Positions 63,255-64,000 of a DNA stretch of 64,000 nucleotides are shown in pieces. The position numbers and the translations under genes are program-made. The stretch's first letter is position 1; every line of letters begins with the position of its first letter. Under the pieces are notes generated by a model. The model was given only the letters and a program-made list of their open reading frames with translations, did no database searches and was not told the origin of the DNA. This stretch comes from an uncultured candidate division Zixibacteria bacterium (lineage in GTDB: Bacteria; Zixibacteria; MSB-5A5; UBA10806): NCBI GenBank assembly GCA_963801605.1, contig CAWDFP010000007.1:288001-352000 (forward strand), in the 5' to 3' direction.

Positions 63255-64000
63255 ATGAGATTGCCTCGACTGGCATACAATATGATTAGCGCCGCTGGAG
63301 CTGTTATCGCCTCCGTCACAGCTATCCTGATCCTTTTTATGCTCGGAGTCACCATTTTTGCCCACGTGACCAACCCCTATCTTGGCGTTTTCATCTATAT
63401 GATAATGCCACCCTTCCTGATATTGGGCCTGGTTCTGATTCCCCTGGGTATGTGGCGCGAGTGGCGCAAGGTGCGTCGCGGCGAACAGGCCGGCGAGCTT
63501 AAGTGGCCTTATATCGATCTCAATAAAAGAAGCCATCGAAATGCCTTCTTTATTTTTATTTCCGGAACATTCGTATTTATGATCGGCGGAGCCGTGGTTA
63601 GCTATCAGGCCTTTCATTTTACCGAATCGGTGACATTCTGCGGTACCACCTGCCATAGCGTCATGCAGCCCGAATATACCGCTTATCAGAATTCGCCGCA
63701 TGCCAGAGTGGCTTGTACGGAATGCCATGTGGGCTCGGGCGCTGGATGGTACACCAAGTCTAAGCTTTCCGGTCTTTATCAGGTTTATGCCGTTTTAACT
63801 AAAGTCTATCCGAAACCGATTCCCACTCCAGTCCGGAATTTGCGCCCAGCGCAGGAGACTTGTGAACAGTGTCACTGGCCCCGGCAATTTTATGGCGCTC
63901 AACAGCGGCAGTTCAATCATTATAAATATGATTCCACAAGCACTTACTGGCCGATCAACATGCTGATCAAAACCGGCGGCGGCGACCCCAAAACCGGGCA
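63255..64000 (+). CDS. NapC/NirT-family membrane multiheme cytochrome c (3' partial; not in ORF track)
   Basis: AAGGAG RBS; MRLPRLAYN..., NPYLG, three TM segments, FCGTTCH.VM, SPH..V.CTECH, LRPAQETCEQCHWP. Confidence 0.9.
   Translation, partial: MRLPRLAYNMISAAGAVIASVTAILILFMLGVTIFAHVTNPYLGVFIYMIMPPFLILGLVLIPLGMWREWRKVRRGEQAGELKWPYIDLNKRSHRNAFFIFISGTFVFMIGGAVVSYQAFHFTESVTFCGTTCHSVMQPEYTAYQNSPHARVACTECHVGSGAGWYTKSKLSGLYQVYAVLTKVYPKPIPTPVRNLRPAQETCEQCHWPRQFYGAQQRQFNHYKYDSTSTYWPINMLIKTGGGDPKTG

Noticed and set aside
63188..63728. Minus-strand ORFs of 61 and 163 aa
   Set aside because: Antisense shadows of the cytochrome c gene

Overview
Gene-dense bacterial chromosome segment, mostly minus-strand. 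Secreted proteins ending in YPNPFN-type or dockerin-like tails, tandem GWxTD proteins, an outer membrane and pilMNOPQ suggest an FCB-associated diderm such as candidate phylum Zixibacteria (inference only). In order, the window holds: (1) an ECF sigma factor and a GAF-GAF-PP2C phosphatase; (2) two GWxTD proteins below a Yip1-TolC-adaptor-ABC(MacB) exporter operon that hides an uncalled 58-aa membrane protein; (3) OM barrel, OmpA, DUF4846, cupin and MarC genes; (4) secreted LVIVD, S8 and M4/M36 proteins around an apparently catalytically dead RNase HI homologue; (5) a split MetE pair and a transglutaminase-like protein; (6) gdhA followed by two PEP-synthase-like ATP-grasp proteins, one fused to a nucleotidyltransferase; (7) an M14 carboxypeptidase-dockerin gene, tRNA-Leu, cytochrome c and a fused ECF-transporter ATPase; (8) an accC-gcvH-gcvPA-DUF2007-Trx/TPR-gcvPB operon; (9) a Cys-rich dockerin protein and tRNA-Ser preceded by a ~280-nt structured non-coding element; (10) a repeat protein-HEAT-YprB operon, type IV pilus genes, a ferritin-like gene and a partial NapC/NirT cytochrome. 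Ten genes are frameshifted, nearly all by single extra bases, which looks like sequencing error. I saw no CRISPR array, rRNA, integrase or transposase. The best candidates for new biology are the gdhA-linked dikinase/nucleotidyltransferase module and the structured RNA upstream of tRNA-Ser. All family calls come from recognising motifs by eye; no searches were run.
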